In this document: positions 29,992 through 32,260 of the stretch, one piece after another
Position numbering within the stretch: the first letter of the stretch is position 1
Layout of the letters: the number at the start of each line of letters is the position of its first letter
NCBI GenBank assembly: GCA_044355525.1
Contig: JBIKXZ010000003.1
Coordinates: forward strand, 1 to 32,260
Direction: 5' to 3'
Length of the DNA stretch: 32,260 bases
Origin: Chthoniobacterales bacterium
GTDB taxonomy: Bacteria; Verrucomicrobiota; Verrucomicrobiia; Chthoniobacterales; JACTMZ01
Position numbers and translations under genes: made by a program
Notes under the pieces: model-generated
What the model was told of the DNA's origin: nothing
What the model saw: the letters and a program-made list of their open reading frames with translations, nothing else
The model's database searches: none

Positions 29992-31014
29992 GTGAAATTC
30001 CTCCCTCCCTCGTTTCCGAGTAGGCTCCCCTCGAACTTTGGTGTGACCGGGACGTTCCTGCTTTTCTTCTCGTTTTCCTGGCTGATGGCAACCGATTCGC
30101 TGTCCCAAACCCAAATCCAATTTGTCGGCACCGAAATCGGTATTCTGGCCAATTCTTATCCTGTCCAAAACTGGTCCGACCCCAGCGTGCCGAAAGCCTT
30201 CAACACCGGCGCCAGCGAAGTCTACGGCACCGCCGGATACTGCCAAATCCGTCCCATGCCTTGGGATCCGGGAACGGACAACATTTCCTCCGCTGCTCCT
30301 GACGACAATGATCTGGGCGTAACTGCGTCACCCGATCCATCGCTTTATTCGCCCCCGTCCTTTCTGGGTTCGCTTTCCGGCGGCGCGGGAAGCTTCGTCA
30401 ACTTCCAAGGCTATCAGCCCTACTTGGCACCTGATGGGACTTCGATCGTGCGTCAAGGGGCGCTCTCAATTTCCGTGAACGACGGTCCTTACAATTCGCC
30501 GGCGGGCGACAACGCAAGTCGTGTCGGAGTGCCTGTGCAATTCACCGTCGCCACCGCTGCCTCATTTCGCCTCGGCATCGCCGTCGATTCGGTGGGAACC
30601 GGACTCTATGCCCCGGATTATGTCAGCGTCTTCAGCGCTGCTTCCGGAACAGTTTTCTCCACTGCCTTGGTTCGCGATGGCACACCAGAGATGGTTTTTT
30701 TCGACGTCACGGCGCAAGCGGGCGACACCTTCATCGTCGGTCTGTGGCAGAATGAAGGGACACAGTCGGTGGCCACGCTGAGTCTTTTGACCGTGGATCC
30801 ATTGTCCAGTGCCATGCCTGTTCTTTCCTACAGTGCTGAAGGGGGTAATTTCATTCTCTCTTGGCCGCCCGAAACAGTCGGTTGGACGCTCGAAAGCACC
30901 ACCGATCTGGTGCTCGCGAACTCCTGGACCGCTGTTCCGGGCGTGAACAACAACAGCGTTTCGGTGCCCATGACAATTTCCCGGGAGTTCTTCCGTCTGA
31001 GGGAAAATCCCTGA
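29992..31014 (+). CDS. Secreted protein: shared domain + C-terminal LSWP...FFRL domain
   Basis: Hydrophobic leader; shared domain (QFVGTE..VQNWSD..YGTAGYCQIRP..RQGALS..FRLGIAVD..YAPDYVS..FFD..LWQ); tail PVLSY..ILSWP..WTLESTTDL..SW..FFRL. Start uncertain. Confidence 0.82.
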   Translation: MKFLPPSFPSRLPSNFGVTGTFLLFFSFSWLMATDSLSQTQIQFVGTEIGILANSYPVQNWSDPSVPKAFNTGASEVYGTAGYCQIRPMPWDPGTDNISSAAPDDNDLGVTASPDPSLYSPPSFLGSLSGGAGSFVNFQGYQPYLAPDGTSIVRQGALSISVNDGPYNSPAGDNASRVGVPVQFTVATAASFRLGIAVDSVGTGLYAPDYVSVFSAASGTVFSTALVRDGTPEMVFFDVTAQAGDTFIVGLWQNEGTQSVATLSLLTVDPLSSAMPVLSYSAEGGNFILSWPPETVGWTLESTTDLVLANSWTAVPGVNNNSVSVPMTISREFFRLRENP

Positions 31015-31054
31015 AGTGCAGTCAATCTCCAAACAAACCAAAAATCCCATCCAC

Positions 31055-31924
31055 ATGAAAAATCCGATGAAACAAATCTGCCGCGCCGGTGCCGTCTGTC
31101 TCCTTCTGGTAGTCCAGACCGCCTCCGGCCAAGTCGTCACCTACGTCGGTTCCGAAACCGGCCTGCCGGAGAACGGTTATTCGGTGCAAAACTGGTCAAA
31201 TCCAGGGGTATCCAAGACTTACGACATCGGCAGCAGCGAAGTGTATGGCTCCGCCGGCTACTACCAAATTCGTCCGACCCTGAACTCCTCTCCGACTGAC
31301 CTCTTCGAGGCCGCCAGCGCGGGTAACAATTTGGGAATCGGTGCCGGCGTCAACCCGACACTTTCCTTGACGCCGTCCTTCTTAAGTTCTGCCACGGGGG
31401 CAGCGGGAAACTTCGTCAACTTCGACGGCTATTCTCTCTACCGCGGACCGGATGGATCCACCGTTTACCGGCAGGGAGCGTTGTCTGTCCCTGTCAACAA
31501 CGGGCCTTTCAATTCGCCAGCCGGAAACAACGCAAGCCTCTTCGGTATCGCCATGAGTTTCACGCTCAACAGCACGGCAAACTTCCGGCTCGGTCTCGCC
31601 GTGGATTCGGTCGGCACCGGTGACTATGCCCCCAATTACATCAGCATCGGCGGTATTTTCTCGGATGCCCTGACGCGCGACGGAAACGCCGACATGGTTT
31701 TCTTCGATATTTCCGGCTCAAACGGAAATACCTTCGATGTGGCCTTGTGGCAAAATGTCGGGACGCAACCTGGTGGGGCCTTCGCCGCGCTCAGTTTGGT
31801 TACATACGACGTTATTCCCGAGCCCTCCGCAGGCCTGCTGGCGGTCTTCGGATTGGCCTCGCTCGGGGCGCTGCATGCCATTCGCAAGCGGCATCGATTG
31901 ACGAACACAGCCTCCAAACACTAA
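31055..31924 (+). CDS. Secreted protein: shared domain directly fused to PEP-CTERM
   Basis: Start at ATG 31055; signal peptide ending ASG-; shared domain; IPEPSAG-TM-RKRHR tail. Confidence 0.87.
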   Translation: MKNPMKQICRAGAVCLLLVVQTASGQVVTYVGSETGLPENGYSVQNWSNPGVSKTYDIGSSEVYGSAGYYQIRPTLNSSPTDLFEAASAGNNLGIGAGVNPTLSLTPSFLSSATGAAGNFVNFDGYSLYRGPDGSTVYRQGALSVPVNNGPFNSPAGNNASLFGIAMSFTLNSTANFRLGLAVDSVGTGDYAPNYISIGGIFSDALTRDGNADMVFFDISGSNGNTFDVALWQNVGTQPGGAFAALSLVTYDVIPEPSAGLLAVFGLASLGALHAIRKRHRLTNTASKH

Positions 31925-32035
31925 AGGCGTCCCCGGATGTCGCTGGAGATGTTGACCGACGATTCCGGTTCAAATTTCGTAACGCTTGATGGCGCGTTGC
32001 GTAGCGTCCTCATTTCGGCCCGCAACTGACCCGCC

Positions 32036-32260
32036 ATGAGTTCTTCCGGCAGCCCGTCCGACACCCGCGTCGGGTGTTACTACTTCCCGAACTACCACGT
32101 CGATCCGCGCAACGAGAAAGTGCACGGGCCGGAGTGGACGGAGTGGCAACTCGTCAAGCAGGCCGGACCGCGTTTCCCCGGGCATGAACAGCCGAAGGTT
32201 CCCATCTGGGGACATGAGGACGAGTCGGATCCGCTCGTCATGGAAAAGAAGATCGATGCG
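32036..32260 (+). CDS. Glycoside hydrolase family 99-like / WbsX family protein, N-terminal part (runs off window)
   Basis: Manual translation: MSSSGSPSDTRVGCYYFPNYHVDPRNEKVHGPEWTEWQLVKQAGPRFPGHEQPKVPIWGHEDESDPLVMEKKIDA; matches YxPxxH..N..TEW..V..A.P.F.GH.QP. Confidence 0.85.
   Translation, partial: MSSSGSPSDTRVGCYYFPNYHVDPRNEKVHGPEWTEWQLVKQAGPRFPGHEQPKVPIWGHEDESDPLVMEKKIDA

Overview
GC-rich bacterial window whose gene content (PEP-CTERM proteins with autotransporter-associated beta-strand repeats) points to Verrucomicrobia; the taxon is an inference. Left part (1-7018): queA (partial), a glycoside hydrolase-GT2 fusion, a PfkB-hemL-ECF sigma-anti-sigma run and tRNA-Asp. Middle (7292-21822): a divergent L-rhamnose/L-fucose catabolic locus (rhaEW-type aldolase-SDR, rhaA, DeoR, rhaB, lutABC, class II aldolase, fucI, AraC regulator) plus a secreted FG-GAP protein. 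Right (22045-32260): four tandem secreted genes sharing one unrecognised ~230-aa domain on different stalks and anchors, then a partial GH99-like/WbsX gene. Best leads: (1) the four-paralog surface array; (2) a conserved YGGCAC-N5-TYAAGG site exactly 36 bp upstream of a -10-like hexamer before three of the four genes; (3) a 137-aa HTH plus RNA polymerase alpha-CTD fusion inside the rhamnose operon. All calls are from motif reading by eye; no database searches were run.
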